Source: Tequatrovirus BCH953P2. From it: a DNA stretch of 64,000 bases. Within the stretch, counting starts at the first letter, position 1. The number at the start of each line of letters is the position of its first letter. The DNA lies in sequence record OZ035785.1; one strand, 5' to 3'. A program made the position numbers and the translations under genes. Below are positions 8,641 to 18,404 of the stretch, piece by piece. The notes beneath the pieces were generated by a model that made no database searches, had not been told where the DNA came from, and worked only from the letters and a program-made list of their open reading frames with translations.

Positions 8641-9579
8641 TTATTTAAATTGTTCAGTAACGTCTTCAACTACTTCGTATTGGCAGGTACGCATTTTAGC
8701 ATCATTGTAATCAATCGGAATTGATACTACATCGCGAGGATGTACTTTAACTTTTACAACTCGACTGGTTGAACTGCCAAAGTGACGAATATAAGATTTA
8801 GAACACACATGCAGACCACGAGAACAAGTTTGTGTATCATCGTCATTCACACGAGTACGTGGCATTTTAACTACTTTACCGGGACTGTTATCAAAAGTAT
8901 TTGAATGGCAGTCAAAGTAATTACTGCGAACTACTTTCCAAGCATAGAAGTAACCATCTTCTGTAATTTCAATATCGTTTGCTACCAAGAAATCAAAGAG
9001 TCGAGATACCGCTTTTTGGCTCGGGTTTTCCAACAGATTTTCCAAGAACGGAAAATAAAATTCAAAGTTTTCGCCTTTTTCCATCGAATCGAGAATACGA
9101 TCAACTAAACCAGACCGCAATTCAATATTTTGATAGAACAAGCTTCCACCTTCAATTCGAACATCACCGGAAATATATTTTTCAACAGCGCGACGAACAT
9201 TAATTTTTTGTGCCGCTTCTTCCAATTTATCTGCAACAAGCAGATTAAGAATTTCCTGGAAGTTTGAATGAGTATTAGGAGTTGCGTTATAAGTTACACC
9301 ATCAACAGTAATTGAAATGAATTTTTTAGATGCATTCCAAATAATGTCAGATTTAGCAACTGGAGCAATAGCTGTATCGCTATTAACTTTAACCGTAATG
9401 TCACCGCTAATGGTAACTTTGGAGCGTTCAGCTTCTTCAGCATTTTTCAAAACACGACGGATTGTGTCAACCGATACACCTTGCCAATTAGCTAATTCCT
9501 GTTGGGTGTAATTACCACTTGAATACAGTTTAACAATTTCAGCTTGTTCGTTTTTGGTCAGGCATTTAATATTGTACAT
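8641..9579 (-). CDS. rIIB: rIIB
   Basis: 312 aa (T4 rIIB is 312 aa); directly downstream of rIIA. Confidence 0.9.
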   Translation of the reverse strand: MYNIKCLTKNEQAEIVKLYSSGNYTQQELANWQGVSVDTIRRVLKNAEEAERSKVTISGDITVKVNSDTAIAPVAKSDIIWNASKKFISITVDGVTYNATPNTHSNFQEILNLLVADKLEEAAQKINVRRAVEKYISGDVRIEGGSLFYQNIELRSGLVDRILDSMEKGENFEFYFPFLENLLENPSQKAVSRLFDFLVANDIEITEDGYFYAWKVVRSNYFDCHSNTFDNSPGKVVKMPRTRVNDDDTQTCSRGLHVCSKSYIRHFGSSTSRVVKVKVHPRDVVSIPIDYNDAKMRTCQYEVVEDVTEQFK

Positions 9580-9590
9580 AATTTTCCTTA

Positions 9591-11768
9591 TTAGGCCGCA
9601 AGGGCCTTCATAGTTTTAGCGATTTGAGAAACTTCATCATCACTTAAAGAGTTGCGATATCCGATGAAGTCGGAAACAATACGGAATTTCTTGGTAAACT
9701 CAGCAACCATTTTATCACTGTTTTTTGAAGCATTATTTGATAATACATCAAAAAGATTAGTTACTGTCCAGATGTCATGACCGATGGTATCTTTTCCACC
9801 GTTGAAATATATACCCTGCAATGAACTAACCATATTACCAAGGCGAGTATATTCTTCAGAAACTTCATCTACACTGAAGTACTTCATCATAAAATCTAGT
9901 TCAGGATACTTAATAATTTTATCAATATATCGTTTAGCTGAACTTGAATAACCTACATACTTATCATAATCTACATCATCAAAAGCATCTACATATAAAT
10001 CACGCAAAGCTTCAAAAATACATTGGCACTGACCGAGTTCTTTTACTTTTTTCTGTAAAAGCGGACGAATAACATAAAATTCATTAATGCCAATAAGATT
10101 AGCCATACGAATCAAAATATTCATAGATGGATGACAAAGAGATGTAGTACCATCCATAGAGAAAATATCAGAACGATGCATATACGCTACATAACCAGTA
10201 ATTTCATCTGCTTCTGACGTAAGCGTAAATAGTTCCTCTTTTTCCCAGCGCCCGTCTTTAATTTCAAACTTAAATGCTGTAGCAGCTTTAGGACGAGGAG
10301 CTTTACTTTTAACTACCTTTGGAATATAGTTTTTAACTAAAGCTTCAATTTCTGACAAATAATGAATGTTAACTTCATCACTTTCAAACATTGCCATAAT
10401 ATCAGGGAGTAAATCAATCTGCGATTCTACTTCCGGATTAATAAACAGAAGACGCTCATTATGATGAATATTCAAAGTGTTGTTAAATTCTTTATCATCT
10501 AACGCATGCGCTAATCCACGGACAATATTAACACGATTTTTAATATTATCAATAACAATATTAATTTTTGTTGTATTAATACCAAACAGACGATAACTTG
10601 ATGCAACGGCTGAAGTTTCATGACTTTGCTTAATGCGTTTCAGTCGAGGGTCAAGATTTACTTCATACACAACTCCTGCATTGCATAACTTACTGTCAGG
10701 TTCAAACATGCTTTGCATCTTCTTATATGACAGATTTTTAGTCGTAAATTTGACTGAATTACTAATCATATAATCTCGAGCAGAATATCCCATCTTCATC
10801 AATTCACGGTATGTATGACGAGGAGATGTAGATTCTTTAAATCGTTTTACATCTTCATTGAATGCCTTCTCACTAAGCTCTTTAACACGCTCAATAATAT
10901 TTTTACGAGTACGATCATCTAGTGAAAGAGCTTCACGTGATGGAGCAATATCAAGTGAACCCATTGGAAACTTAATGTAATTCACTTCATTGCGGATGCT
11001 TAACCAGTTACGGTCTCTAATAACACCATCAATAGGATAAACAATACCACCATAGATAGCATATAATCCACCGCGATCTGGCCAGTATCTTTCTGGATTT
11101 ACACCGTAATAGTCATCAAAATCCGGAAAATAATCAATTTCGCGGTCAAGACCACTAATGATAGCTAAATCTTTGAATGGTCGCATGATATAAGAAACTT
11201 CATAAGCAAAGTTTCTAAAGTCTTTTTCTTCAACTGGAACTACGATTTCAATACCAGTTTTATCATCTGGACCCATTTCTTTTACAAATGTAGGTTTAAT
11301 TTGTGGACCATCGCCATCCATGTAAGCTACATAACCACGAATTTCGCCTTTATGATATGAAGTAATACTAAATGTATCAGTATAACTAAACGGAGATTTA
11401 GAACCTAAACCAAACCCACCAATGAAATCATTAGATTCAGCCTTAGATGAACTAAAGTATGAATTATACAACCCGGGAGAATTATCATCACCTTGAATAT
11501 CAAAATCGCTCATACCTGGACCAAAATCTCGACAAACAAATCGCGGATCTAATCGTCCTGGAACTTGAATGATAAATTTTTCAGGATTTCCATTGAGAGC
11601 ATGGGCATCAATCATGTTGGTAATCAATTCACGGACTACTGCGCGAATCTTGTTTGTATACAAGTCAGATGACAGAATTTTAAATACTTTAGGAGATGCT
11701 GTGATGCTAAATGCTTTTGATTTAGAACCATTACCAAGAATTGTTTCTTTTTCAGTGGTGATAATCAT
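9591..11768 (-). CDS. rIIA: rIIA
   Basis: 725 aa (T4 rIIA is 725 aa); [20 protein letters not shown]...; GHKL-type ATPase-like N-terminus. Confidence 0.9.
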   Translation of the reverse strand: MIITTEKETILGNGSKSKAFSITASPKVFKILSSDLYTNKIRAVVRELITNMIDAHALNGNPEKFIIQVPGRLDPRFVCRDFGPGMSDFDIQGDDNSPGLYNSYFSSSKAESNDFIGGFGLGSKSPFSYTDTFSITSYHKGEIRGYVAYMDGDGPQIKPTFVKEMGPDDKTGIEIVVPVEEKDFRNFAYEVSYIMRPFKDLAIISGLDREIDYFPDFDDYYGVNPERYWPDRGGLYAIYGGIVYPIDGVIRDRNWLSIRNEVNYIKFPMGSLDIAPSREALSLDDRTRKNIIERVKELSEKAFNEDVKRFKESTSPRHTYRELMKMGYSARDYMISNSVKFTTKNLSYKKMQSMFEPDSKLCNAGVVYEVNLDPRLKRIKQSHETSAVASSYRLFGINTTKINIVIDNIKNRVNIVRGLAHALDDKEFNNTLNIHHNERLLFINPEVESQIDLLPDIMAMFESDEVNIHYLSEIEALVKNYIPKVVKSKAPRPKAATAFKFEIKDGRWEKEELFTLTSEADEITGYVAYMHRSDIFSMDGTTSLCHPSMNILIRMANLIGINEFYVIRPLLQKKVKELGQCQCIFEALRDLYVDAFDDVDYDKYVGYSSSAKRYIDKIIKYPELDFMMKYFSVDEVSEEYTRLGNMVSSLQGIYFNGGKDTIGHDIWTVTNLFDVLSNNASKNSDKMVAEFTKKFRIVSDFIGYRNSLSDDEVSQIAKTMKALAA

Positions 11769-11778
11769 AATTTCCTCA

Positions 11779-11982
11779 TTAATTCATATTGCGTTTAATA
11801 ACTTCAGCAACTTCTAGTAGTTCATCTTTAGTTGCGGTGTCGGATTGAATTTTATCTCTAATATCTTTAAAGCGGTTTTTAAATTCTTCGGCTTCTCCCA
11901 TATCGAAAAAGCGTTGAATGATTCTATATTCTCGATGAACTGCTTTATCAAAAAGTTCTAAATTTACTTTATATGATTTCAT
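11779..11982 (-). CDS. rIIA.1-like small protein (67 aa)
   Basis: Position between gene 39 and rIIA; early promoter and RBS GAGGA upstream. Confidence 0.6.
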   Translation of the reverse strand: MKSYKVNLELFDKAVHREYRIIQRFFDMGEAEEFKNRFKDIRDKIQSDTATKDELLEVAEVIKRNMN

Positions 11983-12007
11983 TTCAATATCCTCATTTGC
12001 CCAATTA

Positions 12008-12037
12008 ATTATACCACATCCTTGTGGTAAAGTAAAC
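12008..12037 (-). promoter_or_regulatory. T4 early promoter
   Basis: GTTTAC then 17 bp then TGTGGTATAAT, a near-perfect extended -10. Confidence 0.7.
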
Positions 12038-13857
12038 TACTGGCTCATCCATTCTTTACGAAGGTCAGCATTATCTCCCATGAGCATTTCAAAAAGCTCT
12101 TTCCAGTTCTCAGGAAGTTTAACAACATCATATACTGGGTTTTGAATCATCTCACGATATTCAGATTTTTCCAAAGAGCCAAGTCCTTTAATATAACGGA
12201 TGCTATGTTTAGGTAGAGCATCTTTGGCACTCTCATATTCAGCGACTGTATAAAACCATTCTTGTTTTTTACCGACCTGAGCGATGATTACAGGAGTTTT
12301 GACAAAGCGAATTCGTCCTTGCTCAAACAATTCTGGCCAATTACTAAAAAACCCGAGCAGAGAAGGATAAATGCTTCCTAGGCCATCATGGTCAGCATCA
12401 GTCATAATAGCGATATTATGATAATTCAAGTTTTCAGCTTTTTCACCGAGAACTAATCCAGTGATTGCGCAAATATCAAATAGTTCTTTGTTTTTAAGCA
12501 TATCTGCATAAGACATACCCCAACTGTTGAGAACTTTACCGCGCAATGGATAACCACCGTGAAGTTCTTTATCACGAACATCAATAAGATATCCGATAGC
12601 CGAATCACCCTCAGTCAAGAAAAGAGTAGTGTCAGCATCTTTACCACAAAGATTCGCTTTGATATGTTTATGAACCTTAGCTTTAGAAGCCTTTTTAGCT
12701 GCTTTAGTTTCTGCTGCTTTTTCTGCCGCCAATTTACGAGCCAAAGCAGCTTCAATAATCGGCATTAGAATTGCTTCATTATTTAGAATAGCGCGTGAAA
12801 TCTTTTTAGCATCAAGTTGAATATGACTACGAATTTCGCCAAATGGAGAAGTCAAACGCTCTTTAGTTTGAGAATCAAATCGCATGTTTTTCATATCACG
12901 AACAAACATAACGATAGTCAAACATTCTTTAACACGCGCTTTAGTTACATCAATTTTGAACTTACGTTTGATTTGTGGAATAAGGTCTTCACAAATATCA
13001 TCCATAACACAGTCAATGTGATGGCCACCATTCTTAGTGTGAATGTTATTGACGTATGTTAATTGACGAAAACCATCCGGTGAACGACCAACCGCAATAG
13101 AACAATTTTCTTGTTCTTGAACGATAGCATGCTCATCATATTGGCGTGCATATTTCTTAAAATTGCCCTGAACCTTTTTACCATTAAAGGTAAATTGAAT
13201 ATCAGGATAAACTACTGCAAGTGTCTGGAGACGATCTAGTGTAATGTCAAGATAAACTTGGGACAGCTCATTAGTTTCAAATGACATAAAATCAGGAATG
13301 AAAGTAACACGAGTTCCTTTCCATTTTCCAGGAATAGTTTCCCATGATTTATTTTCCATGCCATTTGAACAACGAACTACAATATTATTTTGACCGTCGC
13401 CAGTTTCACCGACAAACATCACAGAAAAAATGTTTGTCAAACTAGAACCAACACCGTTCATACCGCCAGTGACGCGTTCTTTATCATCGCCGAAGTTACC
13501 GCCTGCTTTTGGAATAGTCCAAGCAGCAACAGGACCAGGAATTTCTTCACCAGTAGGTGTTTTAACCATCGCTTGTGGAATACCACGACCGTTATCTTCA
13601 ACTGTTACTTGATTGTTTTTAATAGTAACATTAATTTTATTTGCGAATTTAAACTTAGTACGAATACCTTCATCTACTGAGTTATCGATAATTTCATCAA
13701 TAAGCTTAACAAGACCAGGTACATACTGAACACTTTCCCATTTACCAAACAGAAAGCGCTCATGCATTTCATTAGCAGAAGAGCCAATATACATGCCGCT
13801 ACGCTTTTTGATATGTTCAATATCGCTCAGAATTTTAATTTCATTCTTAATCATCAC
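12037..13857 (-). CDS. 39: DNA topoisomerase II large subunit (GyrB-like ATPase plus Toprim), single uninterrupted ORF
   Basis: 606 aa covering both the T4 gp39 and gp60 regions in one frame; GHKL and Toprim motifs. Confidence 0.9.
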   Translation of the reverse strand: MMIKNEIKILSDIEHIKKRSGMYIGSSANEMHERFLFGKWESVQYVPGLVKLIDEIIDNSVDEGIRTKFKFANKINVTIKNNQVTVEDNGRGIPQAMVKTPTGEEIPGPVAAWTIPKAGGNFGDDKERVTGGMNGVGSSLTNIFSVMFVGETGDGQNNIVVRCSNGMENKSWETIPGKWKGTRVTFIPDFMSFETNELSQVYLDITLDRLQTLAVVYPDIQFTFNGKKVQGNFKKYARQYDEHAIVQEQENCSIAVGRSPDGFRQLTYVNNIHTKNGGHHIDCVMDDICEDLIPQIKRKFKIDVTKARVKECLTIVMFVRDMKNMRFDSQTKERLTSPFGEIRSHIQLDAKKISRAILNNEAILMPIIEAALARKLAAEKAAETKAAKKASKAKVHKHIKANLCGKDADTTLFLTEGDSAIGYLIDVRDKELHGGYPLRGKVLNSWGMSYADMLKNKELFDICAITGLVLGEKAENLNYHNIAIMTDADHDGLGSIYPSLLGFFSNWPELFEQGRIRFVKTPVIIAQVGKKQEWFYTVAEYESAKDALPKHSIRYIKGLGSLEKSEYREMIQNPVYDVVKLPENWKELFEMLMGDNADLRKEWMSQ

Positions 13858-13908
13858 TTATCCTCGTTTGGTTTCGGGAATATTATACTCCGGTAATCAT
13901 AAAGCTAA

Positions 13909-13922
13909 AGGCCCGAAGGCCT
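13909..13922 (-). other. Intercistronic GC stem-loop (GGCC-CGAA-GGCC family)
   Basis: AGGCCCGAAGGCCT between lipoprotein gene and gene 39; possible MotA-box-like GCTTTA and TATAAT nearby. Confidence 0.45.
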
Positions 13923-13923
13923 T

Positions 13924-14193
13924 TTATTTAAAACGGATAGTCGAATCCTTGAAGAATAGACCAGAACATACGGTTCCTTCTACTTTCTGTCCGGTAGGTC
14001 CAATAGCGCGAAATCCAGTATGTTGGAAATCATTTTCAGAGCAACCGAACCAGTTATATCCAGTGATTTCAATATTAGTAAAACCGCTTGAAGACAAAAT
14101 TTTGGTTGCATTATCAGCATCAGTACATCCTGCTAAAGACACTGCTAATACTAATGCTGCGATAGAACGATTAATATATTTCATAATTTTCAC
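13924..14193 (-). CDS. Putative lipoprotein (89 aa)
   Basis: Signal peptide with lipobox LAG-C (MKIMKYINRSIAALVLAVSLAGCTD). Confidence 0.6.
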   Translation of the reverse strand: MKIMKYINRSIAALVLAVSLAGCTDADNATKILSSSGFTNIEITGYNWFGCSENDFQHTGFRAIGPTGQKVEGTVCSGLFFKDSTIRFK

Positions 14194-14561
14194 TCAAATT
14201 TAATGGCTTGAAGAAGACTAATAATTCTCAAGCGACTTCTTTCATCTTTAACTGTAAAAGAAAGAGGGTCACCAGATTTCATAGTAATAGTGCATTCAAA
14301 ATCAAAATCTTCGGAAACTTCTTTAAAGAAGTCAAATTCTTCATCATAAATTAGAACATTACTCTGACAACTATGAAGAATTTTTCCATCATTTCCAGAT
14401 GCTGTACTAATCATTGTAACATTATGACCTTTCATATCTTCAACGATAAATTCGCTTGTAGATATTACAGCATTAATAGAACCATTCCTATAAATAGCAG
14501 AAAATAGATATTTCTTTTCTTCACCTTCGCGAATGCGATATTTCTTACCGATTTTAAACAT
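14190..14561 (-). CDS. Hypothetical protein (123 aa)
   Basis: Minus-strand ORF with 4-nt overlap to the lipoprotein gene. Confidence 0.6.
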   Translation of the reverse strand: MFKIGKKYRIREGEEKKYLFSAIYRNGSINAVISTSEFIVEDMKGHNVTMISTASGNDGKILHSCQSNVLIYDEEFDFFKEVSEDFDFECTITMKSGDPLSFTVKDERSRLRIISLLQAIKFE

Positions 14562-14563
14562 AA

Positions 14564-14740
14564 TTACCCTTTAAGTAAGTCGTAAAATCCGCCATTCACA
14601 TGCTTAGGGGCAGAGACTAACCGAATAGCAATCCGATGACAATCAGGACATACATCAGTATCTCTTTCAGAAATTTTCTTGATTTTTTCGTATTCTTTTG
14701 CGCAGTCTTTTGATTGACATTTATAATCATAAAGCGGCAT
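14564..14740 (-). CDS. Small zinc-ribbon protein (58 aa), FmdB-like
   Basis: MPLYDYKCQSKDCAKEYE...CPDCH: two CxxC pairs with N-terminal pattern like the FmdB zinc-ribbon family; below ORF-track cutoff. Confidence 0.5.
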   Translation of the reverse strand: MPLYDYKCQSKDCAKEYEKIKKISERDTDVCPDCHRIAIRLVSAPKHVNGGFYDLLKG

Positions 14741-14742
14741 AA

Positions 14743-15156
14743 TTATTCCTTAAAGTGAGCTTTCAACATCTGATACAAGGACCACGCCTGTTCATCATTT
14801 TCAATAGTAACTTTCATTACAGGGAATTTAGATTGATCAGTTATCGGTGCAGATTCTTCCTGCTCTTCAGCTGCCTGGTATGGATTTTCAACTTCATTAA
14901 AGAATTCAGCTTCATTCGATGAAAGCCAAATAAAATCTTCATCCAAAATATCTTTACCAGAAGATAGTACTAAATTTCCAGCAAATGACATAATTTTAAT
15001 AGGACGCCCAAGAGCATCCACATCTAAAATTTTAAAAGGATGCATACCTAAACGGCGTGCATAGATTCCGTTATCAGTATGGTCTTTAATAAAATTTTCT
15101 TGAGCTTGTTTATTTTTAAATTGATACCATTTATTAACTTCAAATCTAATAGCCAT
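14743..15156 (-). CDS. Hypothetical protein (137 aa); position of T4 goF
   Basis: Size and position similar to T4 goF (141 aa); identity not verified. Confidence 0.55.
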   Translation of the reverse strand: MAIRFEVNKWYQFKNKQAQENFIKDHTDNGIYARRLGMHPFKILDVDALGRPIKIMSFAGNLVLSSGKDILDEDFIWLSSNEAEFFNEVENPYQAAEEQEESAPITDQSKFPVMKVTIENDEQAWSLYQMLKAHFKE

Positions 15157-15374
15157 TAATAAATTTCCTTCCAGTAAGTTGTGCCATCTTCAGTGATTTC
15201 ACGGAATACACCATAAATTGGTTGTTTATCACCGACTTTCTCATATACATAAACCGAAGTCAAGTGAGTAAACTTGATAGTGTGTTCCTTTTGAACTACT
15301 ACCAAATCTGGATCGAATAATACATCTTCAAATTCATCATTAGTGCAATTCTGAACAATTTTACGTTTCATCAT
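15156..15374 (-). CDS. Hypothetical protein (72 aa); position of T4 cef
   Basis: Size and position similar to T4 cef (71 aa); identity not verified. Confidence 0.5.
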   Translation of the reverse strand: MMKRKIVQNCTNDEFEDVLFDPDLVVVQKEHTIKFTHLTSVYVYEKVGDKQPIYGVFREITEDGTTYWKEIY

Positions 15375-15472
15375 AATTTCCTCATTAATTGAACATTGGA
15401 GCGATGCGTTTCAGAAGAGTATCAGCGCACCTTTAACGAATTATCCATTTTATTCTTCAAGTTGTTTTCTGT

Positions 15473-15530
15473 ATCAGTAGTTGATATTGATATAGTACCA
15501 TAATCAACTACTGATGTATATAGTTTTATG
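15473..15530 (-). promoter_or_regulatory. Early-promoter variant with 13-bp inverted repeat around the -10 element
   Basis: ATCAGTAGTTGAT (15473-15485) and ATCAACTACTGAT (15503-15515) flank TATAGTACCA; canonical GTTTAC replaced. Confidence 0.5.
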
Positions 15531-15545
15531 AAAAAATTTTAAACT

Positions 15546-16037
15546 TTATGCATAGCGAGCTTTGCTGTAGTGTTTAATCCAACTTTCAGGAATGACTTTG
15601 TATGTTCCTAAAAATACCGCGTTGTATAACTTAACGCCATCTTCTACCCATTGATCAGTAATGTATGCACACATAGCGCGAGTACGCTGAGGAAGTGGTT
15701 GTCCACCTTCGGTAAATTCAAACTCATAAGGAGCAATGAACTTGATAGCTTGACCAAGTTTCCACTTAAAGTCTACACCTACATGCGAAGTATCAATCGT
15801 TTCAATTCCTTTAGCAGGAACAGCTTTCAAAAACGCAGGCTCAAGAAATTTCCATCGAACATAACCAAACTGGGGCTTAGACATTCCATCTTTAGCAATG
15901 ATACGTACTTTTACTTCAGAATCTTCATCTTTAACACCGTGTTTAAGCTGAATGCTTACAACTTCGACCAATTTTCCTGCTACTTTAGAACGGGATTTAT
16001 CAGATACACGAGCAATTTCACCGATATTGATATTCAT
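15546..16037 (-). CDS. motB: MotB-like DNA-binding protein
   Basis: 163 aa (T4 MotB is 162 aa), position between cef and dexA. Confidence 0.65.
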   Translation of the reverse strand: MNINIGEIARVSDKSRSKVAGKLVEVVSIQLKHGVKDEDSEVKVRIIAKDGMSKPQFGYVRWKFLEPAFLKAVPAKGIETIDTSHVGVDFKWKLGQAIKFIAPYEFEFTEGGQPLPQRTRAMCAYITDQWVEDGVKLYNAVFLGTYKVIPESWIKHYSKARYA

Positions 16038-16080
16038 AATTATCTCTCACTTGTTAAAAAGATTTTATACTCCACAGGAC

Positions 16081-16111
16081 CATTATACTCTGGTCCCAAG
16101 AGTTTGTAAAC
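16081..16111 (-). promoter_or_regulatory. Promoter upstream of motB
   Basis: GTTTAC ... GAGTATAATGG on minus strand. Confidence 0.55.
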
Positions 16112-16659
16112 TAGCTTACACGAACATTAATCACTGCGCTACGAGGAACTACAGAGTATTCTCCAGCATGAACTACGTTCAGAAGTTCAACGCCATCTTC
16201 AATCCACTGGTCTGTTACCCAACCACAGATAGGATTATCAAAAGGACGACGGATAGACACAGCAGCACACAACAGGTCTGTAGGGTCTTGTTCTTCAACT
16301 TCTTGGAACAGGATGAACTCATCTTCATAAACCAGGTTTTTCTTTATTTTGTTATTATCTAACCGGCGACCGTGGATGACGTAAGATTTGTCAAACCACT
16401 CACTTTTGGCAAATTCTTCAACAATAAATTCGCCTTCGCCAAAAACATCAGTCAGAGTTTTATGACCAGAAATCAAGGCATTAGTTTTAATTTTAGGTTC
16501 AACCAGTTTGTAGGTTTTGCCGATTTCAATAGCGGTAGTCATAATAGGTTCCTTAATTTCCAGTGGTTTAACAGGGCATACATAAGTGCTTACAACATCA
16601 AAATCAATCAGTTTAGCTACCGGATTTGGTATGTATTCAGGATTATAATTAAATTTCAT
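16111..16659 (-). CDS. MotB paralogue (182 aa)
   Basis: C-terminus PICGWVTDQWIEDGVELLNVVHAGEYSVVP aligns with MotB CAYITDQWVEDGVKLYNAVFLGTYKVIP. Confidence 0.65.
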   Translation of the reverse strand: MKFNYNPEYIPNPVAKLIDFDVVSTYVCPVKPLEIKEPIMTTAIEIGKTYKLVEPKIKTNALISGHKTLTDVFGEGEFIVEEFAKSEWFDKSYVIHGRRLDNNKIKKNLVYEDEFILFQEVEEQDPTDLLCAAVSIRRPFDNPICGWVTDQWIEDGVELLNVVHAGEYSVVPRSAVINVRVS

Positions 16660-16661
16660 AA

Positions 16662-17162
16662 TTATCTCATTTCAATAAAATCTACGAGTTCAGCATGCGA
16701 TTTGCGGAACATTACTTGGTGCCCACCAATGATAACTTCATCTTCAGGAACTTCGTATACAGCGAGATAAAATCCTTTAGAAGATAATTCTTCCCGCTCT
16801 TCTCGTGTGAACCATCTCATCATATCATATTCACTAGCGAAAGCAAAATGATAAAGACCTATAAACCATCCTGGAATATGATATTCTACTCCAACATAAT
16901 CTTTCTTGAACTTAGTATTAATTACTATATTAGCGTTTTTAACTAATAGTTTATCTTCGTGTGGTAAAGGAATTCTTTTATTATTATCGCTATGATGCAT
17001 AAAATTAGGTCTGTCATAACCTACGTGTAATAGCCACTCTTCGCTCCATGAATCTATTATACTCCTGTACGGCGTTATTTGAACACAAAGATTTCGACGT
17101 ATTGTTATAGCATCTTCATTATTAAGAATACTAAACGATGATTCAACACGATAAATTTTCAT
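16662..17162 (-). CDS. Hypothetical protein (166 aa)
   Basis: Start moved to MKIYRVESS... with RBS GAGGA; promoter lies inside the longer ORF-track call. Confidence 0.55.
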   Translation of the reverse strand: MKIYRVESSFSILNNEDAITIRRNLCVQITPYRSIIDSWSEEWLLHVGYDRPNFMHHSDNNKRIPLPHEDKLLVKNANIVINTKFKKDYVGVEYHIPGWFIGLYHFAFASEYDMMRWFTREEREELSSKGFYLAVYEVPEDEVIIGGHQVMFRKSHAELVDFIEMR

Positions 17163-17187
17163 TTTATTATCCTCAGTAGCTATGGTG

Positions 17188-17219
17188 TTATAATACCACA
17201 ACTAACCGAGGAAGTAAAC
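17188..17219 (-). promoter_or_regulatory. T4 early promoter
   Basis: GTTTAC ... TGTGGTATTATAAC on minus strand. Confidence 0.6.
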
Positions 17220-17225
17220 AACTTT

Positions 17226-17909
17226 TTATCGTTTTGTTGGAAGAGACAGAGGATCGCAATCTTCCTCTGACGGAGCATCTTCAAGACCCATAGCGTATCG
17301 CAAAGCATACTTCATCATCAGGATGTCTTTCGCACAGTCATGAATAGAATCATGCGCAACGAATCCATCTAAAGTTCCTTTTGGAAGAGGACACGTGGTC
17401 ATATCACGAACAAGCAGAAGTGCTTCAATTCTGGTACGAATATCACGCTGATTCCAAAATTTACAAGGTTCTAACTTAAATGTATCAAGCTCATTCTCAG
17501 AAACACCATTAAGACGTTGAATATCACGAATGAGATCGACTAAAATTGGAAAATCAAACGACATTCCACGGCACCAGCCTTGAGATTTCCAAGGATCGAT
17601 ATTATGTGCATTGATGTAATCATTAAATTTTGCAATACCATCGATGGTGCTTACATCTTCATCTGATGGTGCAATATTTTTTCGAGCTTCAGGAGACTGA
17701 TTTTTCCACCATTCGATAGTGCTTTTAGTAAAAAGACGATGTCCTTTTTGGCTTTTTAAATCAAATTTGATTTTAATGCCGCGTGAAACTAATTCATCAA
17801 ATGTTTCAACTACTTCTGGGTTAGGGTCAAAAGCAATTACAGCTAAATCAATAACAGCTGCTTTTTCACCACTTCCCATTGTTTCAAAATCTATAATAAA
17901 ATCAAACAT
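17226..17909 (-). CDS. dexA: DexA exonuclease A (DEDD-type 3'-5' exonuclease)
   Basis: 227 aa (T4 DexA is 227 aa); N-terminal FDFETMG exonuclease motif. Confidence 0.85.
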   Translation of the reverse strand: MFDFIIDFETMGSGEKAAVIDLAVIAFDPNPEVVETFDELVSRGIKIKFDLKSQKGHRLFTKSTIEWWKNQSPEARKNIAPSDEDVSTIDGIAKFNDYINAHNIDPWKSQGWCRGMSFDFPILVDLIRDIQRLNGVSENELDTFKLEPCKFWNQRDIRTRIEALLLVRDMTTCPLPKGTLDGFVAHDSIHDCAKDILMMKYALRYAMGLEDAPSEEDCDPLSLPTKR

Positions 17910-18184
17910 TAAATTTTCCTTGCTAAATCGCGAATTTGACCTACAGTATAGTCTTGAATATAAACTTTATTAATAGGTTCATCAATAAATTTTGCCATAG
18001 ATTCAATATCTTTTTGCATCTCTTCAAGACTGTATATTATCTTTAAAGCTTTTTCGCGAATAGTAATATTTTCAGGACCAGAATTTTTCTCAATGACAGC
18101 TTTAACATTTGTCATAAGAGATTTAAACTGACACCAACTTAATTCAATCATTAATAACCGCCTTATAAAGATGGCTAATTTCAC
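17909..18184 (-). CDS. Hypothetical protein (up to 91 aa), paralogue of the next gene
   Basis: C-terminal pattern LEEMQKDIESMAKFIDEPINKVYIQDYTVGQI parallels the neighbour. Confidence 0.5.
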   Translation of the reverse strand: MKLAIFIRRLLMIELSWCQFKSLMTNVKAVIEKNSGPENITIREKALKIIYSLEEMQKDIESMAKFIDEPINKVYIQDYTVGQIRDLARKI

Positions 18185-18404
18185 CTAAAATGTAATCACT
18201 GATTGTAACAGTTTTTACTTCACCACAAAAGAATTCTAACGCAATCAAATCTCGTTCAATTTCTTCCAATTGAAGCATTAACTTGCCTGATTCAATTTTC
18301 ACGTTTTTGCGATTTTTACTATAAGCTATTTCATAAATTTCGCTAACTTTATCCTGAAGAAGATAAAACTGATCTTTAGTTATTTCCACGAATAGCTTCC
18401 TCAA
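18144..18404 (-). CDS. Hypothetical protein (86 aa), paralogue of the previous gene
   Basis: LEEIERDLIALEFFCGEVKTVTISDYILGEI. Confidence 0.5.
   Translation of the reverse strand: MRKLFVEITKDQFYLLQDKVSEIYEIAYSKNRKNVKIESGKLMLQLEEIERDLIALEFFCGEVKTVTISDYILGEISHLYKAVIND

Noticed and set aside
12559-13680. Four plus-strand ORFs (60-96 aa) inside gene 39
   Set aside because: Antisense shadow ORFs within a conserved enzyme gene.
12037-13857. Gene-60-type translational bypass (hop) element
   Set aside because: Looked for because T4 has one; the topoisomerase ORF here is continuous with no internal stop or take-off/landing structure.
15651-16770. Plus-strand ORFs of 132-152 aa antisense to the motB pair
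   Set aside because: Overlap well-supported minus-strand genes; the Asn/Phe/Ile-rich composition is typical of antisense reading of AT-rich coding DNA.
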